Origin: Vairimorpha necatrix
Taxonomy: Eukaryota
NCBI GenBank assembly: GCA_036630325.1
Contig: CP142736.1
Span: forward strand, 186,001-250,000
Reading direction: 5' to 3'
DNA: 64,000 bases
Positions 12,593 through 24,002 of the stretch are shown here, in pieces. The notes below the pieces were generated by a model. It did not search any database. It worked only from the letters and a program-made list of their open reading frames with translations, and was not told the origin of the DNA. Made by a program: the position numbers and the translations under genes. Positions within the stretch are counted from its first letter, which is position 1. Each line of letters opens with the position of its first letter.

Positions 12593-13564
12593 TAAATAAT
12601 GTAATTCATTTTTTTGAAATAAACATAGATGAAATTAGAAAAGAAGCTCTTTATTTATATGTAAATGTAAGAAAAGAAAAAAATAATGAGGTAGAAGAAA
12701 GATCAGCAAATATATTCATAAATTATACAAATATTTTTATATTGATAATTTTGACTTTCATAATAAATCATATTTTAAAATTTTTACGCTGAAAAAATTT
12801 AACTTCATAGTATCGAATTTTTAATTGAGTTTAATAATGACACGATTATCTTCAGAGATGCTATTGACGAATATGAATATCGTCGAAGAAGTTTTATATA
12901 GTTATTTAAAAAGAAAGTTAACATTTTCAATAATGGTATTTGAAATTTAAAAAAAATTTGAAAAATTTTATAGAATAAATAAATTTAAGGAACGTTGTAA
13001 AGGGGTAGAAATGTTTTTTAGATTATCAGAGTACAACGATAAGGTTGATGTTTTTCTAGATAAAATTTTAAGTAAAAGTGAATCTCCGTTATTTGTTTTA
13101 TTAGCTCATTTGTTCCTATACAAGGAAATAATAAACGAAAATGAGTTTTTAAATGCTATAATAAATAAAGGATAAAAAAGTCGTGAAAATACTGCTTATT
13201 AGAAAATTAAAATTAATTTTAAGAAAAGACAGATATAACTCTACCACTTTTACTATAAAAATTTGTCTATTTATAGTAGCGAGAAAATATAAAAATAAAG
13301 AAAACATTTCAAATTCCCAACAATTTAAAATATTAAATAGAATTGAAAATCCAATAAAGAGAAGAGAAAATTCTCAAAGTTATTGCAAAAGGATAAAAGC
13401 TCCGTTACCAATAAAGAAAAATGAGATTGATTTAATTAAAATATATCAAGAAGTAGTAAGATACCATTTAAAAGACATTAAAATTGTAAAAAAAGTGTAT
13501 GGAAAAAGATTTTTAGCATAGCATCGTTATTTACAAGATTAGAAAATAATGAATACATAATAAA

Positions 13565-15856
13565 TGTCGCGAGCCCAACTGGTTACCCGAGCCAGACTGG
13601 TTGCCAGATTGTTTTCTTGTATTTTTTAATTTTTATTTATGATCTATATTTTCATAATTTATGCCAATATTCCGTTAGTTTTATCACGTGAAACATTTTT
13701 AATTTTTTTACTAAATTTTTTACCCATATGACATTCGAACCAAATATACCGAAGTCAAAGACGCAATAGTAACCACTGAGCACAAGAGCTTAAAAATAAT
13801 ATAAATTAGTATATTCAAACAAATTTAACTTTTTTGGAAAATACTTATTTTATCCCATCAATGAAAGGAATCAAAACCCAAGAGAATTGATCTTCTGGTA
13901 AAAATCCTCCAAGGAGATGATTTGACCAAAATCATCGACAAACAAGCAAGGTATAGGCTGAGGAAAAGAGCCGAAAAGTTTCTTCTTGCAGATGATATTC
14001 TCTTTCTAAGAGATATTTCTGGCTTACATAAAAGGGTAGTTGTAGAGAGTAAGGTACAGTCAATAAAATTGGAAGTACAAACTCTAAATAGTAAGTATCA
14101 TTATGGACACAATCGTTTATATGAGTTGTGTCAGGAATTTTACACTATCCCAAGAAGTCTTGTGCGTGAGGTTTGCAAAGAGTGCAATGTTTGTTCACAG
14201 GCACAACCTTTAAAAACAAAGGAAACCTACAAGCGTATATTAGCCAAAAGGCTTTTTGAGATGATTATTATCGACCTAGTAGACATGAGGGTTTATGCCG
14301 ACCAAAACGAAGGAAATAGTTGGTTACTAACAGCTATAGATGTGTATTCTAAGTATGCATTTACTTCTGTGATGAAACCTAAAACTGCTTCGGAAGTTTT
14401 ATTACATTTGAAATTTAATTTTAATCGGTAAGGGCTTCCTAGTGAACTTTAGTGTGATAATGCTAAAGAATTTAAAAATTCACTTTTATCTAAATTCTGC
14501 GATCAGAATAAAATTTTACTAGTTCATGGCAGACCCAGGCATCCTAAGAGTCAAGGTCAAGTTGGGAGATTAAATCAAACAATTACTCGATACTTACAAA
14601 AACACCTCCACCCAGAATTTGGTCCAAATAATAAAAACTGGGTCTTATCCATTGACACAGTTGTTTATCAATACAACATCGCAGTACATTCTGCAACAAA
14701 AAAAATCTCCATTTGAATTATTTTTTGGAAGGAAGGGATATAATACTTGTAAAAGCAGTATTAACGATGAGGAAATCAAAGATGAAGACTTGGATTCTGA
14801 CTTTGGGCGAGAAAATAGATCTATGATAGACGGAAAATATCTCTTAAGAATGGACAAAAAATGCGTTCATCGTTCTATCAATAATTTTGTTATAGGAGAT
14901 AAAGTAATATTAAAAAAAGATTTTGATGCTAATTCCAAAACAAAAAAGTTAAAATTAAGCTCGTTTTTTTCTGAACCTGGAGAAGTAATAGAAATTTTGT
15001 CTAATAATAGGTTAAAGGTTAAGCTTAGAGATTCTGAAGAAATTGTGTCTATGAATTTGGTAAAAAAATTAAAAAATAGCTAAGCTTTGTTAAATTGAGT
15101 TATTATTCTTTATAATTTATTTAAAATTTAAACTAGATCTTTTTTTTCAATACTTATCATATTTCTTTTCAGCGTTAATATAATTCATCATAAAAAATAT
15201 ATGTGTCATTAGTATATCAGATAATATATAAACAACTGACAATATTTATAGATTGTCCTATTTTCATTGTAAATTAATTTAATTACAGAAATCTAGATTT
15301 ATAATCTTCGTTTACGATGCTCAAGACCAATCATTGATATTCACTAACTCATTGTGTAAATTATATTTTTAACTTTTCCACAATTACAAACTATTCTAAA
15401 ATAAAAATTGAGAATATAATTCGACGTGTAAACCGTTTTAATTAATTTAAATATAGTTTTTTAGTAAAATATTAGTATTTAAATTTATAACAAACAACTT
15501 TTATAATTGAAAATATTTGTATAATTTTAAAATGCGTATTATAATAAAGATTACACTGATAAAAATATTAATTGAAATTTTGTAAGTTTTTTAAATTTAA
15601 AATACTAAATAGAAGATAAATTTTTATGAAAATTAGATACTAAAAGTAGTGAAAATTCTTAAGAAAAATGTCTTTATTTTTTTTCGAATATTTTTTATAA
15701 TTAAATTAAAATATTGAGTGTTATTGAAATAGGTTTTATGCTAAACCTGTCAAACAACTCCCCAGAGCATTTTAAATACCTTTTTGGGGGTTCTTTTAAA
15801 AAAATTCTTTTTTTTTGGTAACCAGTCCTCTCGGGTAACCAGCTGGGCTCGTGACA
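13565..15856 (+). mobile_element. Ginger-type DNA transposon (Gypsy-integrase-like transposase, disrupted)
   Basis: ~40-bp imperfect TIRs TGTC(G/A)CGAGCCCA(A/G)CTGGTTACCCGAG with TG...CA ends. The 5-bp TSD ATAAA is confirmed against the empty site in the paralogue near 25575. The encoded HHCC (HYGH...CNVC), IIIDLVDM, AIDVYSKY, CDNAKEF and GRPRHPKSQGQV motifs are broken by stops and frameshifts. Confidence 0.88.
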
Positions 15857-16346
15857 ATAAATAATACAAAACACAATACAGTTTTAAACGATGTATATGT
15901 TCTTTAAATCTTGATAAAAATATAGTAGAAATAAATAATGAAATTATAAGAAAAAAATTATTTGAAAATACTCGGAAAAGAAAAGTAATGGGAGAAACAA
16001 AAATTATTCTACAAAAACTCAATGAAAAATATTTAGATAGAAAGTTGAATAACTTAAAACATGAGGCTTTGAATAAAAAATCAAGAATTTATATGATAAG
16101 GAGGTAACTAAAAATTTTGAAAATGAGTTAATTCAGAGGGGAACACTTATTATTGAAGAAATATTTAATTATGAAATTTTAAAAAAAGAGATAGCCGAAA
16201 AATTTGATGCATTCTGGAACAAAGAATATAAAATTAACGAACAAGTGAAATTTTATAATGAGATAAAAACCAATAATTATTGGATTGAGGAATATAAAAC
16301 CATCGAAAAAGAAAAGTGTCGTCATGAAATAAAAAGCAATATTAAT

Positions 16347-16784
16347 TTAAATGAATTTAATTAGTATATGCTTATTGTAGTTTATATTTATAGTTTAACA
16401 AGGGTAGGTTTTGCGTTAGTTTCTCCTGCTTGTAGGTAGCTTTGTGGCTCCATAGTCCTTTCCACGTCGGCTTCGTCTCCTCTCCTTCGGTGGGCCAGAG
16501 AAATGCTTTCTAGCGTCTTCTTTAGCGTGATCATCTGGATGTACGCTTCTACCTTCTTAGGGATTCCAAGTCTTGTGGTATATGATTTGTGGAACTTAGT
16601 CAGTATACCGTCCCAATTGATTACGTAGGGAATTATTTCTGTTTTAAAACCATATATTAAGCCCAATTCGTTCGCAAGGACATCATACTTTTTTAACTTA
16701 TCGTTTTCTACTTGCTGTAGATTCTCTTGAGATGTGACACCTATTTCAATTATTCTGATCAATTGATTCCTTTTATCTACTACG
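16347..16784 (-). mobile_element. 5'-truncated non-LTR retrotransposon, C-terminal RLE fragment
   Basis: 15-bp TSD AAAAGCAATATTAAT (16332-16346, 16785-16799). Protein VVDK...IIEIGVT...KLKKYD...IIPYVINWDG is typical of the RLE domain after the PD motif. Confidence 0.88.
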
Positions 16785-16958
16785 AAAAGCAATATTAATA
16801 AAAATATATTAAATAATTATGAACACTATATAACCGAAGTATTAGAGGCATTGTTTGAATCTGAAATTTTGAATAAGTCACCTATGAGAGAAAGGTGTAA
16901 AAAATATAAAAAAAACATTAGCGCAGTGGCGAGTTAAACGAAATTAATCGAAACTGTA

Positions 16959-17407
16959 GCATATAATTTATTTGAGTATAATATTCGGCCTATTAATTAC
17001 TTTTCACAAGATACTCTTACAGTCTCATCTGGCAGTTCCAGGACTTCCTTCTGAGATTCAAAAATTGGGCTCTCGAAGACCCCTTCCTGATCTGTATCAA
17101 GCCCATGTCTGGCTGAAATAGTTAGGCTTTATAAAGTCATTTTAAGGACTCTTGACTGTATATATGCTTCCGTTCTGGGTTCTAATCTGAGCACTTTGAT
17201 ATGCGTACGGTGAAAATTAGTTACTATTCCATCCCACGTCATCACATAAGGAATAATTTTCGGCTTGTATTTGTAGAGAGAAGCCATATGATTTGCGAGC
17301 AAGTCGTATTTATGTTTCTTTTCTGTTTCTACTGCATGGAGGTTGTTAAAACTTGTGATTCCAACATCTACAACGATCACTTCTTTCCTCAACTTGTCTA
17401 CAATTAA
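16959..17407 (-). mobile_element. 5'-truncated non-LTR retrotransposon, RLE fragment (second subfamily)
   Basis: 14-bp TSD TAATCGAAACTGTA (16945-16958, 17408-17421). Protein IVDK...VVDVGIT...EKKHKYD...IIPYVMTWDG. Confidence 0.88.
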
Positions 17408-18060
17408 TAATCGAAACTGTATATGATAATTTTGGAATAATCATAAACGAGTATTTGAGGGAAGTATTAGAAAAGTTTGATTAACTAAAATATTAAACTT
17501 ATTTCATTTTTTTGTATTTCTTCGATTGTACAATCAGAGTTTGTGTTCATGGATTCTGCAAGGACGTTCTTTTGAACAATATGACTAAACCTTTTTGCTT
17601 TTTACAAAAGCAAGTATTAAACTGATTTTATAATTCAAAACCACACTAACTAAATTTATGCGACCTGGTTCAAGTAAAAATATAGGTATAAGTATTATCT
17701 GTTTTCGATTCTTGTTATATTGTCCACATTTGTTTTTCCTATAACAATCTTACAGCAAAATCTCCCAAAAAATGAAATATGGGGTAAGAAAAACAAAAGG
17801 TTTATAGATACGATCGGAATAATTCTTAACAAGGCAAAAATCATCAATGACAGCATTAAAAACAACATGCTTTAAAAATTATACATTTAAAGTCCGTTTA
17901 TTTTAAAACCAGGGCTAATGTAACCTTAAGCTAAATATTTTCTATATAGGGGTTTTTTGTATTTTTTGCCCCTTTTTAAAAAACGGAGGACAGATAACGT
18001 TAATGCAAAATCATTAAATAAATATGTATTAATACAACAAACGATAAAAAAAATATTTAT

Positions 18061-20129
18061 TGTCAAGGGACAGCTCTCCAGTGGTCCTCAGATGGCCCTG
18101 GAGACTAGAGAATACTATTAAGTAGATATTCTCCTCCTTTGTATTATTCATGTTTTTGGCGGGAAAATGTACCAGATTTTCCCGCCCATAAACATAAAAG
18201 AAAATCATCCTCAGAAGGGTATGAAGATGAGAAAGATAAATAAACAATTTATTAGTAAACCTTCTTCACAGACTGTTGGACAAACAACAGTCCACAATGG
18301 TGGTAACGGTGACGGGATGAGAACAACAGCTTTAATCAGTTGACCTCACTTATGAGAAAGTTATGTCGGGGTAATAAATGGCTTGAATTTAATGGAGAAG
18401 ATCCAAAACAAGCGGAAGAGTTTATTAACCAATTTAGAGAGATCGAAGACGTATATTCTCAAGACAAAACTTTAGACATTGCCAAGTCTCAACTGAAAGG
18501 CAAAGCACTAATCTGGTTTAAAGCATATGAGGGGGAAAAAATCACTGATTACAAGACGTTCATCCAATATTTTAAAAAAAAATATATGAAAGAGAAACTA
18601 GTAGAAGATAAAACCGACACGTTCATGCATCTCTATGTCGAAGGCCCTAAAGAAAACGATATACTTTGTTACGCTTATGCCCTTAAGACATGTGCAAAAA
18701 TAAATGATGAGTATTTCTTGAGATCAAAGATGGCAATCGAAAAGAACTCCCCGGAAACAGTAAAGGAGTCGATTGCCGATACAACGGACTGGATGGATTT
18801 GCTAGAACTCTTAGAAAAAAAACAGAATATTATTAATAAATACCTAAAAAAGAAAAGAAACTGGTCGAGAACTCCACGGAACGAAGCACCCTTGCAGGAT
18901 AGGAAAGAGTTTAAAACTTTCGCAAAGAAGGCAGAAAAAAATAAAACTGCATTATTCCTGAAGGTAGGTAGAGGGGAGAAACCAAAAACTAAAGATAATC
19001 GCCCCAGGATAAAACTCTTTTCTGGAAAAGAAACCATTTCAACGCTCATTGATACGGGAGCCCAGATTAACTTGATAAGTAAAGACAAAGTCCAACTTTT
19101 AGGTCTAGATGCAAAGAAAGGCAGATTAAATATAGACGGAGCTGGAGAAAGTGTTGAATCAAAAGAAATGGTGGAATCTGTGGTTAAGAACCACAGAAAC
19201 AAAAAAAACTTTAGAAAGAAGGCTATTTCTGTAGATAATTTGACAGAAGGCCTCAGTTTTGACACTGGGAATGAAATTGCCTCTAATTTATATAAAAACT
19301 CAGTGAGAACAAATTCTTTTTATATGACTGCTACAAAAGATACTGGGACCTTTATACCAGTTATTGGAGATGGAAAAATACTGGATCTCGAAAATAAAAA
19401 GATGACGAGTAATGAAACTAGATTTGTTTACACGGTAAACAATAGAGGAGACCTAGAAAGGAAATTTGAAAAGCGAAAAGAACTTATAAAGAGATGTACC
19501 GGAATAGAAGAACACAATAGTTCATTCTCAACAGATATTATAGTTCGTAATAATCCGCAATGGAAAGACATAAATCCATTTATAAAAGATGAAAAGAAAG
19601 AAGGGCAGATATGTCTTAACCCTAGCTCAAAAAGACTACCCAACGAGCACCATAAGATTCGAATTAATCGATATCTTCTCAAAAAAGGTGACGAAGTTCT
19701 AAGATACAAACCACCGAGTGTAGTGAAAAATAAACTAGAAAGTACATTCACTTGTACTAATATTACTATAAAAGGTTGCGTAAAAGGACATGAAAGGTAT
19801 AACACAAACAAAGACGTTTTCGCAGTGATTTGGAAGGACCTAAGAAAGATGGTTTCGGAAATGGAAACATGGGAGCCTTTAAAGAAAGGGGGAGTGTCAA
19901 GGGACAGCTCTCCAGTGGTCCTCAGATGGCCCTGGAGACTAGAGAATACTATTAAGTAGATATTTCCTCCTTTGTATTATTCATGTTTTTGGCGGGAAAA
20001 TGTACCAGATTTCCCCGCCCATAAACATAAAAGAAAATCATCCTCAGAAGGGTATGAAGATGAGAAAGATAAATAAACAATTTATTAGTAAACCTTCTTC
20101 ACAGGCTGTTGGACAAACAACAGTCCACA
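18061..20129 (+). mobile_element. Non-autonomous LTR retrotransposon (Gag-protease, 2069 bp)
   Basis: LTRs at 18061-18296 and 19895-20129 (TG...CA, about 3 differences), TSD TTTAT. PBS-like TGGTAACGGTGACGGGAT at 18301-18318 and PPT AAAGAAAGGGGGAG at 19881-19894. No RT or integrase core. Confidence 0.95.
18340..19959 (+). CDS. Gag-aspartic protease fusion with a degenerate integrase-like C-terminal tail
   Basis: Retrotransposon Gag signature LKGKALIWF, protease LIDTGAQINLI, and tail LKKGDEVLRY...NKLESTF. The true start is uncertain (possibly ATG 18221 in the LTR, one base out of frame). Confidence 0.8.
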   Translation: MTSLMRKLCRGNKWLEFNGEDPKQAEEFINQFREIEDVYSQDKTLDIAKSQLKGKALIWFKAYEGEKITDYKTFIQYFKKKYMKEKLVEDKTDTFMHLYVEGPKENDILCYAYALKTCAKINDEYFLRSKMAIEKNSPETVKESIADTTDWMDLLELLEKKQNIINKYLKKKRNWSRTPRNEAPLQDRKEFKTFAKKAEKNKTALFLKVGRGEKPKTKDNRPRIKLFSGKETISTLIDTGAQINLISKDKVQLLGLDAKKGRLNIDGAGESVESKEMVESVVKNHRNKKNFRKKAISVDNLTEGLSFDTGNEIASNLYKNSVRTNSFYMTATKDTGTFIPVIGDGKILDLENKKMTSNETRFVYTVNNRGDLERKFEKRKELIKRCTGIEEHNSSFSTDIIVRNNPQWKDINPFIKDEKKEGQICLNPSSKRLPNEHHKIRINRYLLKKGDEVLRYKPPSVVKNKLESTFTCTNITIKGCVKGHERYNTNKDVFAVIWKDLRKMVSEMETWEPLKKGGVSRDSSPVVLRWPWRLENTIK

Positions 20130-20633
20130 TTTATAAACCCCAAGTACTATATAAACATTCTGTTTTATATTTTCTATATGACAATAGTGATACTTAGTTC
20201 AACAATTTCTAACGTTTAGTAAAATATCTTATTCGATTAGAGAAGAAAATGAATATAAATCATTTGTAATATTAGAATTCTGTTTATTTCACAACTATAT
20301 TAAAAGTGATAAACCAGTCAAAATTTTATATGTTTGTTAATTCTTTATAAATGATCATAAATCTATAAAGAAAGTGTAATTATCAATTTAAAGCAAATAT
20401 TGTACACTTAAGTTACGTTTTAGCCTAAAGAATTATTTAATTGAGATTTCTAATTTTTTTCGGGTCCGAATTCTTTCCTCCGTTTTTGAAAAAAGGGGCA
20501 AACAATACAAAAACCCCCTATATCGATTTTTGTTACCTAAAGCTCACTTTAGCCATGTTTTTCAATATCAAATTTTCAGCTTCATTCCACTTTGCCGACA
20601 CCACCTCTTTAACAGTCGCCATAGGCAAAAGAT

Positions 20634-22313
20634 GGCAAGCTGATTTTTCGGCCTTAGGCCGAAAAATCGGTCTTTCGGCCTAAAAAAAATTATTTTAAAA
20701 TACCCCAATGGAAAATTTATCCCACGAAGAACTGTGTGAAGTTCGTTTTAAAAGAGGAGGAAGAAAGATATTATATGCAGGACATGCGTATAATTTCAGA
20801 TATAACGGAAAAGAAAAAACAAAATATGGAGATGTAGAGCAGAAAACTGCACTTCAAAACTTCATACAATTTTAGATTGTAGTTTTTTAAACGTTACCCC
20901 CACAACCACGAGCCAGACTTCGACAAAAATAAATTCGAATATTTCTACGGTCAAATCTTAAAACGGGCAGAGGAAACTGCCGAGGCGTCAAGAATTATAA
21001 TTTTTGACGCGTTGAAAGAATATTCTAATGAAGCTTTAGAAAAAAACACCTGATATCTTTAGTATTAGGAATGGAATTAAGAGAATGCGAAACGGGAGGC
21101 ATAGTTACTCAACCCCCGATAAAACTGATATCCCGAATTCAATTAAATATTTGCCTACAGGTGAATTATTTGTGCAATTTGATTCTGGGATAGAAGATAA
21201 GGAAAGAGTCGTGATTCTTTGCACGCTAGAAAATTTAATTCACCTTGAGAATACTAAACCTTTTTAATGGATGGTACTTTCAAGTTTGCTCCATCTAAGT
21301 TCAAGCAACTCTATACTCTAGTCGCGTATATCAATACTAAGTACATTCCTTTGGTATTTATACTAATGTTAAAAAAAATGAGGCATCATATAAGAAAATA
21401 TGTGATTTTATGGTGGAAAAAGCACCAAATTTTAACCCTAAATGTTTTAATTTAGATTTCGAATTAGCACCAAGAAAAGCTTTCAAAACAGCTTTTACTG
21501 CCGCAGTTTTCTATGGATGCAATTTTCATTTTTCCCAGATTATTTATAGGAAAGTGCAAGAGCCGAAAATGAGCACGTTGTATCAAAATGATATCGAATT
21601 TAGAATGAATATAAGAAGGATTTTAGCGTTAAGTTTTGTTAAACCTATTGAGGTTCTAAATTATTTTTGTCTGATTAAAGAAAAGCTTATGTCAAGGAGT
21701 GATAGAAAGAGATATGAAACAATTTTAGGATTTGTATTTAAAAATTATATTGACGCAGAATAGATTTTATTTTGGAATGTTTATGAACGAGTATTAAATA
21801 AGTTACCAAGAACTACGAATAGTTTAGAAGGATTTCATAGATCGCTTGATAATCTTTTTACTGTAGCAAATTAAGATTTGGGTGTTTTTGGAGAAAGGTT
21901 ACATGAGGAGCATTTGAAAAGCAGTCAAAAAATTCTACGCGCTTATTACAAGTCCTTTAAAGTAAATGAAAAGTGTAAAAAATATATAAGAGAAAAATAT
22001 ATATATGATATTGTATCCAATTTTGAAACCATAGACGCGCTTGATTATTTATTTCAAATTTCATCTACTCTTGAATACCTTTTTACATTATTAAATTAAT
22101 ATTAGTTATTTGGTTTAGTTTTATTGTTTTTTTATTATTTTTTATTTATTTTTTTTATCCTTATTATTTTTTTTATTTTTTTTATTTTTTTTATTTTTTT
22201 TATTTTTTTTTTATTTTTTTTATTTTTTTTATTGTTTTTTTATATTATTTATTTATTTATTTTTTTATTTTTTTATTTTTTTTATTTTTTTTAGGCCGAA
22301 AAATCGGTCAGCC
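20634..22313 (+). mobile_element. MULE/Mutator-like DNA transposon; transposase pseudogene ~20708-22099
   Basis: TIRs GGC....GATTTTTCGGCCT. ATG at 20708 follows CCCC. FLYWCH-like N-terminus (WRC...C...HNH) and MULE motifs MDGTFK, FKQLY, LDFELA, GCNFHFSQ and RTTNSLEGFH, spread over several frames. Confidence 0.88.
22120..22292. repeat. Low-complexity (T6-9 A)n tract in the MULE subterminal region
   Basis: Directly visible. Confidence 0.9.
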
Positions 22314-22387
22314 TGTTTTTCAATATCAAATTTTCAGCTTCATTCCACTTTGCCGACACCACCTCCTTAACAATCGGCATAGGCAAA

Positions 22388-23639
22388 AGATAACTATCAG
22401 CCCACGCATTTGAGGCGCTACGATTTTTTTTCGAACCCAGAAAATGAAGTGCAAAAAAAGGAGGAGAAAGTAGGGGACAAAAAATACTGACCACTTTCGA
22501 TAGTTAAAATTCTTAATAATAAAATAAAACGACTTAAATTTTATTTTTAAACAAAGTTTTATAGTGTAAACTTTTGTTTAATAAGATTAGTACGGGGTTA
22601 TATGAATTGTTTCTTTTGATATCAAAAATGTTTAAAAAGCAATTTATATCATTTTCTGTTCGATTTTTTTATCGGTATTACTCTTTTTACTGCAGACCAA
22701 GTTCCTTCGATCGTATTTGTATGGACTCCATTAATTGGATTTACAAAACCGATTGAATGATTTACCGTATAATGGTCATATATTCCTATTTTTTTTAGAT
22801 TTGAGTATCTTTTCCAACAATCTGCATAGATTATGGAGCCAGGCAGTACGTACTCTTTGATAAAACCTTCCGAAGTTTCAGCTTTCCTATTTTTTACCTT
22901 AAATAAGACTATACCCATTTCTTTTGTCCTTTCGACCATTCCAAGTATCCAGACACCTTCAACTTTGTGTCCTTTATTGTATTTCCCTTTCCCAAATTTA
23001 GATTCGTCAATCTCTACAATGATACCGGGTCCTCCAATCTTCTTATTACCGGTAACATTCTTGCTAACATCACTAATAATTGCGTTAATTGGTTTTCTAC
23101 TTATAGATTATATATTTTTTATATTTTTAAAAGGAATATTATCAATTAACAAAAAAATCACCTGACATATTTATAACCATGGTGATCGTGCGTTGAAAAA
23201 AGGCTTTTTGTTTGTAATAATAATATTTTTTCTACATGTTCTTGTTAAAAAAATGAGTTTATTTGAAGTTTTTTTGCATTTTTTTAAATTACTAATGCAA
23301 AGTGGACAAAAAATAGTCGTTAATTGAATTTCTATCAATGCATCCATGATTCCTTCGATGTCTTTGTGCTTCTCGATCATTTTTAAGAAGATTATTTATT
23401 AAAAATTTAGGAATTTTTAAATTGTTAAAATGTAAATCATATATTTAAACACAAAAAAAAAAAGATATATCTTGGTTTAAAAATTTAATTAAAGGTGTTT
23501 TATGTTATTATTGTGAATTTTAAATATCGAAAGTAGTCAGTATTTTTTGTCCTCTATTTTCTCCTCTTTTTTTACACTTCATTTTAGGGGTTCGAAAAAA
23601 AAAATCGTAGCGCCTCAAATGCGTGGGCTAATAGTATCC
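22388..23639 (-). mobile_element. Merlin (IS1595/ISXO2-like) DNA transposon, frameshifted
   Basis: ~160-bp imperfect TIRs (ACTAT.AGCCCACGCATTTGAGGCGCTACG). Minus-strand motifs CPLC, IGGPGIIVEIDESKFGK.KYNKG, IIYADCW..Y and HYTVNHS..FVNP.NGVHTNTIEGTW. The left boundary is approximate and no TSD was read. Confidence 0.88.
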
Positions 23640-24002
23640 TTTCTCTGTCGCCATATTCGCAAGTGCGCTTACAGCTCTAGCCACTTCTTACTCACCTGTA
23701 TCCACTTGTACATTATTGAACCATAAACTTTAATTATTATTAATTCTAATTTGCTCATACAAGGTTTATAACATTGGGATTTGTTAGAAATTTTTAGCCC
23801 TTAATAAATATTTTTTTGAATTTTTTGACGTTTTTAAATATTTAAAGTCAACTTCAAAATGATTTGTTTGACATGTTGAAGTCCAAAAAAATTATTTTTT
23901 AAAGATAATTCATGTAAATACATAAAAATTACATTCGAATTTAAATACCACATTTCTTTATTTTATTTTTTATATTATATATTTATTTTTTCATATACCC
24001 AT

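Larger units (their letters stand above)
11804..17484 (+). pseudogene. Pseudogene of the ~760-aa family (copy 2), interrupted by four TE insertions
   Basis: Fragments (QECQHINDKLNIAIQNKINNRDYYE, GVEMFFRL, TIKICLFI, IIRKKLFEN, YWIEEYK) are collinear with the intact paralogues, with many frameshifts and stops. Inserts at 12421, 13565, 16347 and 16959. Confidence 0.88.
17913..20554 (-). mobile_element. Decayed, internally deleted Merlin element hosting an LTR element
   Basis: Both ends (17913-17990 and ~20472-20554) match the TIRs of the Merlin at 38383-39404. The minus strand from ~20480 resembles the start of that transposase gene. No TSD could be read. Confidence 0.7.
20556..22391. repeat. 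78-bp direct repeat (20556-20633 and 22314-22391) abutting both MULE termini
   Basis: 75 of 78 bases identical by manual alignment. Confidence 0.9.
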
